A stretch of 64,000 nucleotides of DNA, from the NCBI GenBank assembly GCA_963778655.1, contig CAVZVA010000008.1, positions 64,001 to 128,000 of the forward strand. The letters run 5' to 3'. This DNA is from an uncultured delta proteobacterium. GTDB lineage: Bacteria > Myxococcota_A > Polyangia > Polyangiales > JAFGIB01. A program made the translations under genes and the position numbers. Under the pieces are notes generated by a model. The model saw only the letters and a program-made list of their open reading frames with translations. It made no database searches and had not been told where the DNA came from. Shown piece after piece: positions 37,177 to 46,700 of this stretch (positions are counted from its first letter, which is position 1; each line of letters starts with the position of its first letter).

Positions 37177-38754
37177 TCATGCTCCCTTCAAATCGAACTG
37201 CTCCAGATGGTACTCCCGGTGGGGCTTTACGAGAATCTGCCGCGTGAAGCGCACCGAAGCCTCGTCGAGCGCTTTCTTGTGCTCGCGTTTGAGCATGTCG
37301 CAGATCGCCGGGTGCGCGTTGATCACGATCTTGTAGCCCGCCAGCGTGTCGCGCTCGCGCCGGATCTGGCGCAGGATCTCGTGGCAGATGGTGGACTTGC
37401 TCTGCACCTGGCCGGTTCCGTCGCAGTAGAAGCAGGGCTCGAACAGCGTCCGCGGGAGCGATTCGCGCGTGCGCTTGCGGGTCATCTCGATCAGCCCGAG
37501 CTCGCTGACCTTGGTGATGGTGGTCGTGGCACGGTCGTTCTTGAGAGCCTGCACCAGCGCCTTGTACACGCGTTCGCGATTGCCCTGACGCTCCATGTCG
37601 ATGAAGTCCAGCACGATCAAGCCGCCGATGTTGCGGAAGCGAAGCTGGTAGGCGATCTCCTCCACGGCCTCGAGATTGGTCTGGTAGATGGTTTCCTCGA
37701 CGTCTCGCCCCTTGCCGGTGAAGCGCCCGGTGTTGACGTCGATCGCGGTCAACGCCTCGGCCTGATCGATGATCAGGTAGCCGCCCGAGAGCAGCGGCAC
37801 CTTGCGCGAAAGCGCGCGCGCGATCTCGTCCTCTATGCCGTACTCGTCGAAGATCGGGTCGCGTCCGCTGTAGAGCTCCACGTGATCGATGCGCTCCGGC
37901 AGGAAGACCGCTAGGAACCTGCGCAGTCGTTCGTATTCCTTGGGCGAGTCGATCACGATCCGCTCGACGTCCTCGGTGAAGGAGTCGCGCGCCACGCGCA
38001 GGATGATGTCCAGGTCCTCGTAGAGCAGGGCCGGTGCGGATTTGACCCCCGCGCGCTTGCGCACCACGTCTTCCCACTGCGTGACCAGGTAGCCGACGTC
38101 GGCCTTGAGCTGCTTCTTGGTCAGGCCGCTGGCCACCGTGCGTACGATGAAGCCGCCCTGCGGCGGCTTGAAGGCTTCGATCGATTCGCGCAGCCGCTGG
38201 CGCTCGAGTTTGTTGCCGATGCGCTTGGAGATGCCGATCTGGTCCACGGTCGGCAGGTACAGCACGTATCGGCCCGGCAACGCGACATGACTGGTGACGC
38301 GCGCGCCCTTGGTGCCGATCGGGCCCTTGCTGACCTGGACCATCAACGTCTGGCCCTCCTTGAGCACGTCGCGGATCGGTGTCGATCGGCTCACTTTGCG
38401 GGTCTGCTTGCGCTTGGGGCGTTCCGCGGTCTCGGCCTCGAGCGCGGCGCCTTCGACCTCGTCGTCGCCCGCGTCCTCTTCGCCGCCTTCTTCGTCCCGA
38501 TCGAGCAGCTCGTCCATGTCGTCCTGGACGACCACGTCTTCGACGTGGAGGAAGGCGGCGCGATCGAGCCCGATGTCGACGAACGCCGCCTGCATCCCGG
38601 GCAGGACGCGGGTCACCTTGCCGAGAAAGACGTTACCGACCGGGCTGCGCTCCTGCTCGCGTTCGACGAAGAGCTCGGCGATTTTGCCGCGTTCGATCAG
38701 CGCGACGCGGCTCTCCGCTATATCGACGTTGATGACCAGTGTATTGGTTGCCAT
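37177..38754 (-). CDS. rng: Ribonuclease G/E family
   Basis: GNVFLGKV..VLPGMQAAFVDIG (S1), IDVNTG, GGLIVLDFIDM, EMTRKR, CFYCDGTG. Confidence 0.93.
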   Translation of the reverse strand: MATNTLVINVDIAESRVALIERGKIAELFVEREQERSPVGNVFLGKVTRVLPGMQAAFVDIGLDRAAFLHVEDVVVQDDMDELLDRDEEGGEEDAGDDEVEGAALEAETAERPKRKQTRKVSRSTPIRDVLKEGQTLMVQVSKGPIGTKGARVTSHVALPGRYVLYLPTVDQIGISKRIGNKLERQRLRESIEAFKPPQGGFIVRTVASGLTKKQLKADVGYLVTQWEDVVRKRAGVKSAPALLYEDLDIILRVARDSFTEDVERIVIDSPKEYERLRRFLAVFLPERIDHVELYSGRDPIFDEYGIEDEIARALSRKVPLLSGGYLIIDQAEALTAIDVNTGRFTGKGRDVEETIYQTNLEAVEEIAYQLRFRNIGGLIVLDFIDMERQGNRERVYKALVQALKNDRATTTITKVSELGLIEMTRKRTRESLPRTLFEPCFYCDGTGQVQSKSTICHEILRQIRRERDTLAGYKIVINAHPAICDMLKREHKKALDEASVRFTRQILVKPHREYHLEQFDLKGA

Positions 38755-38899
38755 ACCCGTGGCGTGAGGTTGGAATAGTCTTGGGCGTTTTCGATCGCGC
38801 GTCGCGCAGGACGTCGTGAAGACGCGCGCGATCGACGCGGGTCCGGGCCGGCTTGGCGGCTGGCCGCGCGCGGCTGGCGCTCGAGGCCAGCGAACCGGC

Positions 38900-39409
38900 T
38901 CAGTTGGGCGCGAAGATCTGCTCGATCTCCGCTTGAACCTTGTCTTCGCTCTTTGAGCGCGTGACGGCGATCTCTTTGACGATCAGCGCGCGCGCGGTTT
39001 CGAGCATGCGGCGCTCGCCGAACGAGAGCGACTTCTCCGCCTTCAAGCGGTACAGGTCGCGCATCACCTCGGCGACGTCGTAGACCGAGCCCGTCTTGAT
39101 CTTGTCCATGAAGCCGCGGTAGCGGCGGTTCCAGGTTTGGTTGTCGAAGGCGATCGTGCGCTCGCGCAGGATCGCGAAAATCTCCTGGATCTCTTTCTCG
39201 TTGATCGGAGGCCTGAGGCCGACGCTGCGCGCGTTGTCGACCGGCACCATGATCTTGCGGTTGGTGTCGAGGATGCGCAGCACGTAGAACTGCTGGCGTT
39301 GCCCTGCGATGTCCTTCTCTTCGATGGAGACGACCTCGGCAACGCCCTGGGCTGGATAGACGGCTTTGTCGCCCACCTTGAACAACGGCTTGTGTGCACG
39401 GGCCTGCAT
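38900..39409 (-). CDS. cdnL: CarD/CdnL family RNA polymerase-binding regulator
   Basis: FKVGDKAVYPAQGVAEV, WNRRYR, LSFGERRML; no AT-hook tail, so CdnL rather than CarD. Confidence 0.88.
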   Translation of the reverse strand: MQARAHKPLFKVGDKAVYPAQGVAEVVSIEEKDIAGQRQQFYVLRILDTNRKIMVPVDNARSVGLRPPINEKEIQEIFAILRERTIAFDNQTWNRRYRGFMDKIKTGSVYDVAEVMRDLYRLKAEKSLSFGERRMLETARALIVKEIAVTRSKSEDKVQAEIEQIFAPN

Positions 39410-39555
39410 GAAAAGCTCCGTTCTCGAGGGTGAATCGATCCGCCCGCCCTGCGAAGCACTCTTGGCTTCCGGGACCGAAAGCGCCTACCTGGGAGGGGCC
39501 GGCACTCCCGGCCGCTGACTGATCCAGGCAGCGGACAGATGTCGGGTGACTCCGC

Positions 39556-39584
39556 ATATTAGTCGGAAGTGTAGGTGGGGTCAA
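39556..39584 (-). promoter_or_regulatory. Sigma70-type promoter of cdnL
   Basis: Minus strand TTGACC, 17-bp spacer, TAATAT, about 145 bp upstream of the start. Confidence 0.6.
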
Positions 39585-39704
39585 TCCTACCCCCACCGGG
39601 ATTGCGGGACGCCCCGCTCGGCCCGGGCGATCGGCGGGCAGACCGCTCCCGGCCCGCATGGCGCGGGCGCGGGCCGGCCGGCCCGCGGGCCGGTGCTGCG
39701 AGCG

Positions 39705-40508
39705 TTACTTGCTGGTCTCGCTTTCGAGCGCGGACAGGTCCGGCAACTCGTCGAGGTTCGGCATCAGCACGATCTCGATGCGCCGATTCTGAGCGCGTCC
39801 CTCGGGCGTGTCGTTGGAGGCCACCGGCTGCGTATCGGCGTAGCCCGCCGCAGACAGGCGGTTTTCAGGCACGCCTTGCGACGCGAGGAAACGCGCCACG
39901 GTGACGGCGCGCGCCGTGGAGAGCTCCCAGTTGGAGGGGAAGCGAGAGCTCTTGATCGGCTTGTTGTCCGTATGCCCCGCGATCTGGAATTCGCGGTCGG
40001 GGATGGACGCGAGCACGCCGGCCACCTCTTGCAGCGCCGCCTTGCCTTCCTTCTTCAGGTCGGCCTTGCCCGAGTCAAACAGAATGTTCTCGGACAGCTC
40101 CACCACCATGCGCCCGCGCTCAATGCGGACGCGCAGCTGGCCGGACGCGATCATCTTCTTGAACTTGTCGAGCATGTCGCGGAACGTCTGCAGGCGCGCC
40201 TGCGCCTGGCGCTCCTTGGCGCGCAGATCCTCCACCAGCTTGTTGAGGTCCTGCATGCTCTTCTTTGAGTCCTCGACGTTCATGCCCATCTGGCGCAGCC
40301 GTTCGTTCAGATCGGCGTTCTCTGTCGACGCGGCCTTGAATCGCGCCTGCAGATCGCGCTGATCTTGCTCCAGCTTGTCGAGCGCACGCGTGAGCTGATC
40401 GATGCGGTCGCGCTTGACCTGCATCTCCTCTTCCGAGTAGCCGCAACCGAACGACGTTGCGACCAGCGCCGAGCACACTGCGAAGAGCACTACCTTGGTT
40501 TGGTTCAT
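39705..40508 (-). CDS. OmpA/MotB-family peptidoglycan-binding lipoprotein with a coiled coil
   Basis: Lipobox SFGC, coiled coil, ILFDSGKA, GHTD, NWELSTARA, NRRIEI. Confidence 0.88.
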   Translation of the reverse strand: MNQTKVVLFAVCSALVATSFGCGYSEEEMQVKRDRIDQLTRALDKLEQDQRDLQARFKAASTENADLNERLRQMGMNVEDSKKSMQDLNKLVEDLRAKERQAQARLQTFRDMLDKFKKMIASGQLRVRIERGRMVVELSENILFDSGKADLKKEGKAALQEVAGVLASIPDREFQIAGHTDNKPIKSSRFPSNWELSTARAVTVARFLASQGVPENRLSAAGYADTQPVASNDTPEGRAQNRRIEIVLMPNLDELPDLSALESETSK

Positions 40509-40806
40509 CGCTCCCTCGTAGCCGTCGATGACGGTGAAGATCGGCCTGCCGCGCAGCGCTGGGTCGGCCGCGCGGCGGCTGAGAGGCCGAGACGGTAGGC
40601 CCGCCGCGCGGCGGCTGTCAAACCTGCGCCGATTCGGCGGTGGCAGTCCCGTGGAGGCGCGATCCTGGCTGGGGATCGCTGGTTTCAGGCGTTTCCGGGG
40701 GCGCGGGGTCGACAAAATTTATAAATAATTACAATGTGTTATAGATTCTTGCTGTCAGTGATCACTCAAATAGCGATAACTTATGTATAATTTATGTGTT
40801 TGAAGC

Positions 40807-40836
40807 TTGACACGTGCCATCACACTACAATAGGTT
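40807..40836 (+). promoter_or_regulatory. Sigma70 promoter in an AT-rich patch, upstream of the small basic ORF
   Basis: TTGACA at 40807, 18-bp spacer, TAGGTT; also TATAAT at 40786 and the palindrome AGTGATCACT at 40757. Confidence 0.55.
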
Positions 40837-40867
40837 ACTTCCATCCTACGACCATAGGAGGGTCCGC

Positions 40868-40966
40868 ATGGCAGCGAAGAAGAAGGGCAGCAAGAAGAAG
40901 GCAGGCAAGAAAAAGGGCGGCAAGAAAAAGGGCGGGAAGCGCCGCGGGGCCAAGAAGAAGGCCTGA
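40868..40966 (+). CDS. 32-aa Lys/Gly-rich basic microprotein (histone H1/protamine-like composition)
   Basis: MAAKKKGSKKKAGKKKGGKKKGGKRRGAKKKA*; RBS AGGAGG a few bases upstream; mostly AAG/GGC codons; absent from the ORF track. Confidence 0.75.
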   Translation: MAAKKKGSKKKAGKKKGGKKKGGKRRGAKKKA

Positions 40967-41180
40967 GAAGGCCGACCGGGCCCTGGCTCGCTCCGCAAGG
41001 GGGCGATGCGCCAGCGCATCGAGCTCGCATCGAAAGCCGCCGCGAGCTCGAGAGTGGAAAGTCCGGAAGGTTCCGCCGGTAGCCTGCTGCCGGTCGAGGA
41101 CACGCTAGGTCCTCGCTTCCAGGCTTGATGCTGCGGCTATGGACTCGCCGTCGACACCTCCGTGTCGGCGGCGGTCTTCT

Positions 41181-42618
41181 TTAATCAGACCTCGGCTGGG
41201 GACCCCCGCTTTCGGGCGGTTCGGACGCGAGCAGCCGTTTGAGGCGCGCGGGCTCCAGCCGGAGCCGCAGCACCTTCTCCCGCTCCAGCACCACGCGGCC
41301 GGGCTCGCTCTTGCGCGGTTTGCGCACGTAGCGGCGCTGCGTATGCACCACGTCGACCGGGCTGTGGCCGCGCGCCTGACTGAAATGGGCCGCCAGCGTG
41401 GCCGCGTCGCACAGCAGCTCGGGCGGGCAGGCCTCGCCGCGCTCGAGCGGGACCACCACGTGCGCGCCGGCTTCGTCGCGTGCGTGCAGCCACAGATCTT
41501 GGGGCCGGGCGTGATCACGCGTGAGCCGGTCGTTGTCCGCCGCGCCGCGTCCCACCAGGATCGCCCGCCCGCCGCTGCCGCTGAAGCGCCGGTACGGCAG
41601 CCGCCGCTGCGGGACCCGGCGCCCGGCGCGCGAGCGATCGGGCCGTTGCAGTGCGCGCGACACGGCCGGCTCGGCTGCGCCTGCGATCTGCTCGAGCTCG
41701 GCGTCGCTGCGCGCGCCCTCGATGCGCTCTAGCTCCAGCTCGAGCGCGTCGAGCTGCGCTCGCGTCGCCTGCGCTCGCTCGGCGGCCAGCACAGCGCCGC
41801 GCGCCAGCTTGCGCGCGCGCTTGAACCAGGCCTCGGCCTGCGCGCCGGGACCGAGCGCGGGATCGATCTCGAGCGTGTGCGCTGCCGGGGGATCGAGCGT
41901 GTAGTCGAGCAGCTCGAAGCGGGCCCCGGTACGCGGCAGCCCGTGCAGGTTCGCGACCAGCAGGTTGGCATCGCGGCGCAGCGCGGCCACGTCTTGGGCG
42001 CGCGCCAGAATCGGCCTGCACCGCCGCCAGGCGCCGCAGCAGCTTCTTGTGCCGCGCGCGCAGGCCCCGGCTCAGCTCGGCCTTGCGCTGCCCCAGCTCG
42101 GCCTGCGCGCGCAGCTCGAGCAAGCGCGCGCCGCGCTCGGCCAGCGCCTCGAGCCCGAGCTGCACCGGATCGGGCTCGGGCTCGGTCGGCTGGCGCAGGC
42201 GTTCGGCGTTCGGCTGCTGCTCTCGCGCGGCGGGCTGCAGCGGCCGAAGCGAGCTCAGCACGCGGCCGTCCGCGGCGCGCACCAGCGCGTTGCCGTGCGA
42301 CCCGCGCAGCACCAGCTCGAGCGATACGCGATCGGGACCGCGCTCCAGCTCGAGCTGGAGCCGCTGCGGCTCCAACCAACGCAACGCGCACACCACGCCG
42401 CCTTCAATCGCGCTCGCCAGCGCCTTGGGCTGCGGCGCGCGCGGCGCGCGCGGCGGCCGGTGCTCGAGCCAGCCAATCCCGCGGGCCGGTGGCGACAACC
42501 CGAGCAGCAACACCCCGTGCAGCGCGGGCGAACGCAGCTCGATTGTGAGCATCTCGCCGAACGGCGCGTCCACGCGCCGCACGCGCGCTCCAGCCAGCAG
42601 CGCCCCGAGCACGCTCAT
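41181..42618 (-). pseudogene. rqcH: NFACT/RqcH (Rqc2, fibronectin-binding-like) family gene interrupted by a +1 frameshift
   Basis: The N-terminal ORF (from 42618) and the NFACT-R ORF (ILVGRGAADND.LT...DLWLHAR..AGAHVV, YVRKPR) join into 479 codons if one A at 42009-42010 is removed (...QADLARAQDVAALRRDANLL...). Confidence 0.75.
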
Positions 42619-42660
42619 GCCCGGTCCTCGGCCGCTGGTGTCGACACCGGCGACCCCGCG

Positions 42661-43332
42661 TCACGCTGCGTCGTGGGCGGCGTCTGCGAGTTTCTGCAAG
42701 CGCCGCGCATATTCGAACGACCGCGCCGCGTCGATCGCGACGAAGCTCTCGGCTTCGGGCTCGCCCTCCAGCAGCGCGCAGACGTCTTCCAGCACCGCAT
42801 CGGAGAAGCCGGTGCGCGCCCCGAGCGCCAACAACCGTGCGTACGTCACGCGGCCTGCGGGACGCGGCTGCAGCAGGGGGTCGAAGCCGAGCACCAGGTC
42901 GAGCGAGGCGGCCAGCGTGGCCGCGTCCTCGATCTCCCAGGGGCCGCTGGGCATCCACACGAAATGGCGGCCGGGCGCGCGCGGCAGGCGCGCGGCCAGC
43001 TCGCTCAGTAGCTCGCGGTCGCGCGCCCCGGGCGTGAGGTCCGCGGGCGTCGGCAGCACCAGCAGCTTGGCGTCGAGCGCGTCGTGCGCCTGTAGCAGCC
43101 AACCGAAGCTGCGTTCGAGCGCGGGGTCGAAGCGCAGCGGTCCGCGCGCCGAGCACAGCGTGCTGTGCGGAGCGCGCAGCGCGAGCGTGAAGCCCTCGGG
43201 CAGCTCGTGTCGCATCCGGCGCAGGGTGGCGGCGCGCGGCAGCGGCGGCCGTGGCAGCAGCTCGGCGAAGCGCAGCTCGGCCGAGTATTTCGGCCCTGGC
43301 GTGCGATCGAGCGCGGATCCTGCGAGCAGCAT
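42661..43332 (-). CDS. DUF72-like protein (divergent)
   Basis: FTLALRAP, LVLPTPADLTP, WMPSGPW, GFDPL, YARL resemble the DUF72 TIM-barrel pattern. Confidence 0.6.
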   Translation of the reverse strand: MLLAGSALDRTPGPKYSAELRFAELLPRPPLPRAATLRRMRHELPEGFTLALRAPHSTLCSARGPLRFDPALERSFGWLLQAHDALDAKLLVLPTPADLTPGARDRELLSELAARLPRAPGRHFVWMPSGPWEIEDAATLAASLDLVLGFDPLLQPRPAGRVTYARLLALGARTGFSDAVLEDVCALLEGEPEAESFVAIDAARSFEYARRLQKLADAAHDAA

Positions 43333-43396
43333 GTAGACGCGAAAGCCTGTCAGCTTCGACCGCCTGCGTAAAGCCCCGCCATTGCTTCGCTTTTAA

Positions 43397-43691
43397 CGGG
43401 AGGGTCACGCGACCCTCCCGCCCCAGGACCCGCAGGGTCCGTAGCAAAGCTGTCGGGGCCCCACCCTCCGGCGGGGCTCGCTGCGCTCGCTCGACGTGGG
43501 TGGGGTTGTGCGTCGGGTCACGCGACCCTCCCGCCCCAGGACCCGCAGGGTCCGTAGCAAAGCTGTCGGGGCCCCACCCTCCGGCGGGGCTCGCTGCGCT
43601 CGCTCGACGTGGGTGGGGTTGTGCGTCGGGTCACGCGACCCTCCCGCCCCAGGACCCGCAGGGTCCGTAGCAAAGCTGTCGGGGCCCCACC
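43397..43691. repeat. Tandem array of a 113-bp hairpin-rich unit, about 2.6 copies
   Basis: GGGTCACGCGACCC at 43402, 43515 and 43628. Hairpins: GGGTC-acgc-GACCC, GGACCC-gca-GGGTCC, GGGGCCCC, CCCCACCC/GGGTGGGG. Confidence 0.93.
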
Positions 43692-43771
43692 TAGGTTGGA
43701 TATCGGGAGGGGCACGCGACCTTCGTGTGCCGCCGGCCGGCCGGCTCTGGGCTTGCTGCTATCCTTTCACG

Positions 43772-46700
43772 GTGAGGCGCAAGGCGCTGTTGCTGGCTGT
43801 GTTGTTGTGGCCCGCGCTGGTGCGCGCCGACGACTGGAGCTTGACGCGTCCGGCCGCGCCGCCCGCGCGCGCCCGCGGCACGCGCCCGCCGCCGTCCGCG
43901 AAGCCCGCCAAGGCGAGTGAGCAACCGCAGCGGCTGCGCGCGCGCTATCTGCACGTGCTGCTGGCGGAGCCGGCGCAGGCTTTCGCGCTCGAGCGCCTGC
44001 TTTCGCTGTACCGCGAGCGCGACGGCAACCTCGATGGCCTGGCTGCGGAGCTGGCGCAGCGCGCGGTGCCCGCTGCGCAGCGCTACGCGCTGTGGCTGCT
44101 GCGCGGCGAGGTCGCGGCCGCGCGCGCGCAGCGCGACGAAGCGCGCGCGGCCTATGCGCAGGCGGCCGCGCTTCGGCCCGACGCCGCCGCGCCGCTGCGC
44201 GCGGGCGCCGAGCTCGAGCGCCAGGCCGGTGCGCCCGAGCAGGCCGAGGCGCTGCTGCAGCAAGCCCTGCAACGCACCAAGCAGACGCCCGAGCGCGCCG
44301 CCATCCTGCGCGAGCTCGGCGCGCTCGCGCTCGACCGCCACGACTACGCTGCCGCCGAAAGCCGCTTCGATGCGCTCGCGGCCGGGGCCAAGACCGGGGT
44401 GTTCGAGCGTGCCGAGTACGCGCGCGCGCTGGCCGCCCGGGGAGAGCACGCGCGCGCGGTGGACGCCTATCAAAAGGCGCTGCAAGCCTTGCGCGGCGAC
44501 GCTCGGGTGCAGGCACCGCTGCTGCTCGAGATGGCCCGCTCCCGGCTAGAAGCTGGCGGCGGTCCTGCGGCGCTGGCCACGCTCGATCGCGCGCGCGCGC
44601 TGGCTCCAGCTGGTAGCGGCTTGCGCCACGAGGTCGACGAGGCCCTGGTCGAGACCGAGCGCCGCCTGGGCCAGCTGCCCGCGCTGGCGGCGCGGCTCGA
44701 GGCCGAGCACGGCGGAGGCACGGAGCAGAGCGAGCTGCTGGGCCGCATCTACGAAGAGCTGGGCGACTCGGCGCGCGCGCTGGCGGCGTTCCGCCGCGCG
44801 CTCGGCCGCGAGCCGCGGCGGCTCGAGCTGCGTGAACGGGTGATCCGCATCCTCACCGAGCAGGGCGATCTGGGTCAGGCGATCGCGGAGTACCGCGCCC
44901 TGCTGGGCGTCGCGCCGCGCGAGCCGCGCTACGTGATCGAGCTGGCCAAGCTGTTGATGGAGTCGGGCAAGCGCGACCAGGCGCTCGCGCTGCTCGGCCA
45001 GACCGAGCGGCGCTTTCCGCGCGACGCCCGCATCCTGCGCTCCCTGTTCGACCTGTACACGCGCTGGAACGAGCAGGCGCGCGCGCTCGCGGTGCTCACC
45101 GCGCTCAGCCGCGTCGAGCCCGACGACCCGACGCACTACGTCGCGCTCGGCGAGCAGCTGCTTGAGCGCGGCGATCAGGCCGGCGCGCTCGCGGCCTGGC
45201 GCCGGATTCTCGAGGTGGTTCCGGACAAGGCGCGCGCGCACGCGACGCTTGCCGGCACCTACCTCGACCACGACATGCCGGAGCGCGCGCTGGCCGAATA
45301 CCAGGCCGCCGTGCAGGCGCAGCCCGATCAGGTGGACCTGGTGCGCGGCCTGGCCGAGACGCTGGAGAAGCTGCAGCGATCGGGCGAGGCGGCGGAGCGC
45401 TGGCAGCAGGTGCTCTCGCTGTCCACCGACCGCGCGCAGAGGCGCGAGGCGCGGCGGCGGGTGGTGCGGCTGTGGGGCGCTTCGGGACAGCTCGAGCAGC
45501 GCACCGCCGAGCTGGCGCGCGCCTTCCAGTGGCCGCCGAGCGCGCAGGCCGCCGCCGGCGCCAAGCCCGACGTCGAGGCCGGGCGCTTCTTGGCCGAGTG
45601 CTACCGCACGCTCGGCACGGGCCGCCGGCGCGTGCCGGCCGACGCGCGCTATCTGGACCTGTCCGAGCGCGTGCTCTCGCGGGTGCTCGAGCTCGCGCCT
45701 GGAGACGTCGAGAGCATGCTCGCGCTGGAGCGGCTGCGCGTGCTGCGCGGCAACCTGCCGGGCGCGATCGAGGTGCTATCGCGCCTGCTGAAGGCCGATC
45801 CCAAGAACGCGCGCAGTTATCTCACGCGCATGGCCGAGCACTCGCTGGCGATCTACCGCGACGACGACGCGATCGGCTATGCCGAGCGCCTGGTGGCCTT
45901 GAATCCCAAAGACGCCAAGGCCCACGAGCGGCTGGGCGACCTGTACCGGACGCGCCAGCACACCGAGCGCGCGATCGCCAGCTACGAGCGCGCGCTGGCC
46001 CTGGACGAGAACGCGCTGCCGGTCGCGGCCGAGCTGGCGGAGCTCTACCTCTCGCGCGGCGACACCGATAAGGCGGCCGCGCTGCTGCGCCGGGTGGTGC
46101 GCGCGAGCCCCGACGACGAGCTGGTCAAGCGCGCGGCGCGCTCGCTGATCCAGCAGGACCTGGGCACGCCGCGGCTGGCCGCGTTCGAGCAGACCCTGCT
46201 GCCGCTCGCGCTCGGCAATCCGCAGCGCCCGGTCTACCGCGCGCTGTTGATCGAGCTGTACGGGGCGCTGGCGCAGCCGCTGATCGAGCGCGTGCGCGGG
46301 GGCGGCGCCGCGGCCCAGGCCGCGCAGGCCGAGCTGCGCGCGATCGGCCAGCGTGCGATCAAGCCGCTGCTCGAGGCGCTGGCCGACGGCGACGGGGGCC
46401 AGCGCCGCGAAGCGATCGATCTGCTCGGCCACCTGCATAACGAACACGCCGCTGCAGCGCTGCTGGCGGCCGCCGAGCACGGAGCCGAGATCCCGCTGCG
46501 AAGGCGCGCGCTGCTGGCCGCCGGTGCGGTCGCCGGCCCTGCGCTGGCGCCGCGCTTCGCCGCGCTGGCGCGCGCGCCCGAGCGGCCGCTGCGCGCCGCC
46601 GCCGCCTGGGGGCTGGCGCGCATGGACGGGGCCGCCGTACGGGTGCGGCTGCGCGCGCTGCTCTCCAGCAACACGCCTGGTGTGCGCGCGCAAGCGCTGC

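Noticed and set aside
38791..38835. Imperfect hairpin between cdnL and rng as an intrinsic terminator
   Set aside because: No clear U-tract on the coding strand, and such GC dyads are frequent by chance here.
39705..40508. Flagellar stator motB
   Set aside because: No motA partner, and the N-terminus is a lipoprotein signal rather than the MotB transmembrane helix with its conserved Asp.
40794..41108. 104-aa plus-strand ORF and 85-aa minus-strand ORF over the Lys-rich region
   Set aside because: Neither has an evident RBS; the frame starting at 40868 has AGGAGG and typical codon usage.
43496..43771. N-terminal extension of the TPR/HEAT ORF through the repeat array
   Set aside because: It only translates the repeat; a signal peptide begins at GTG 43772.
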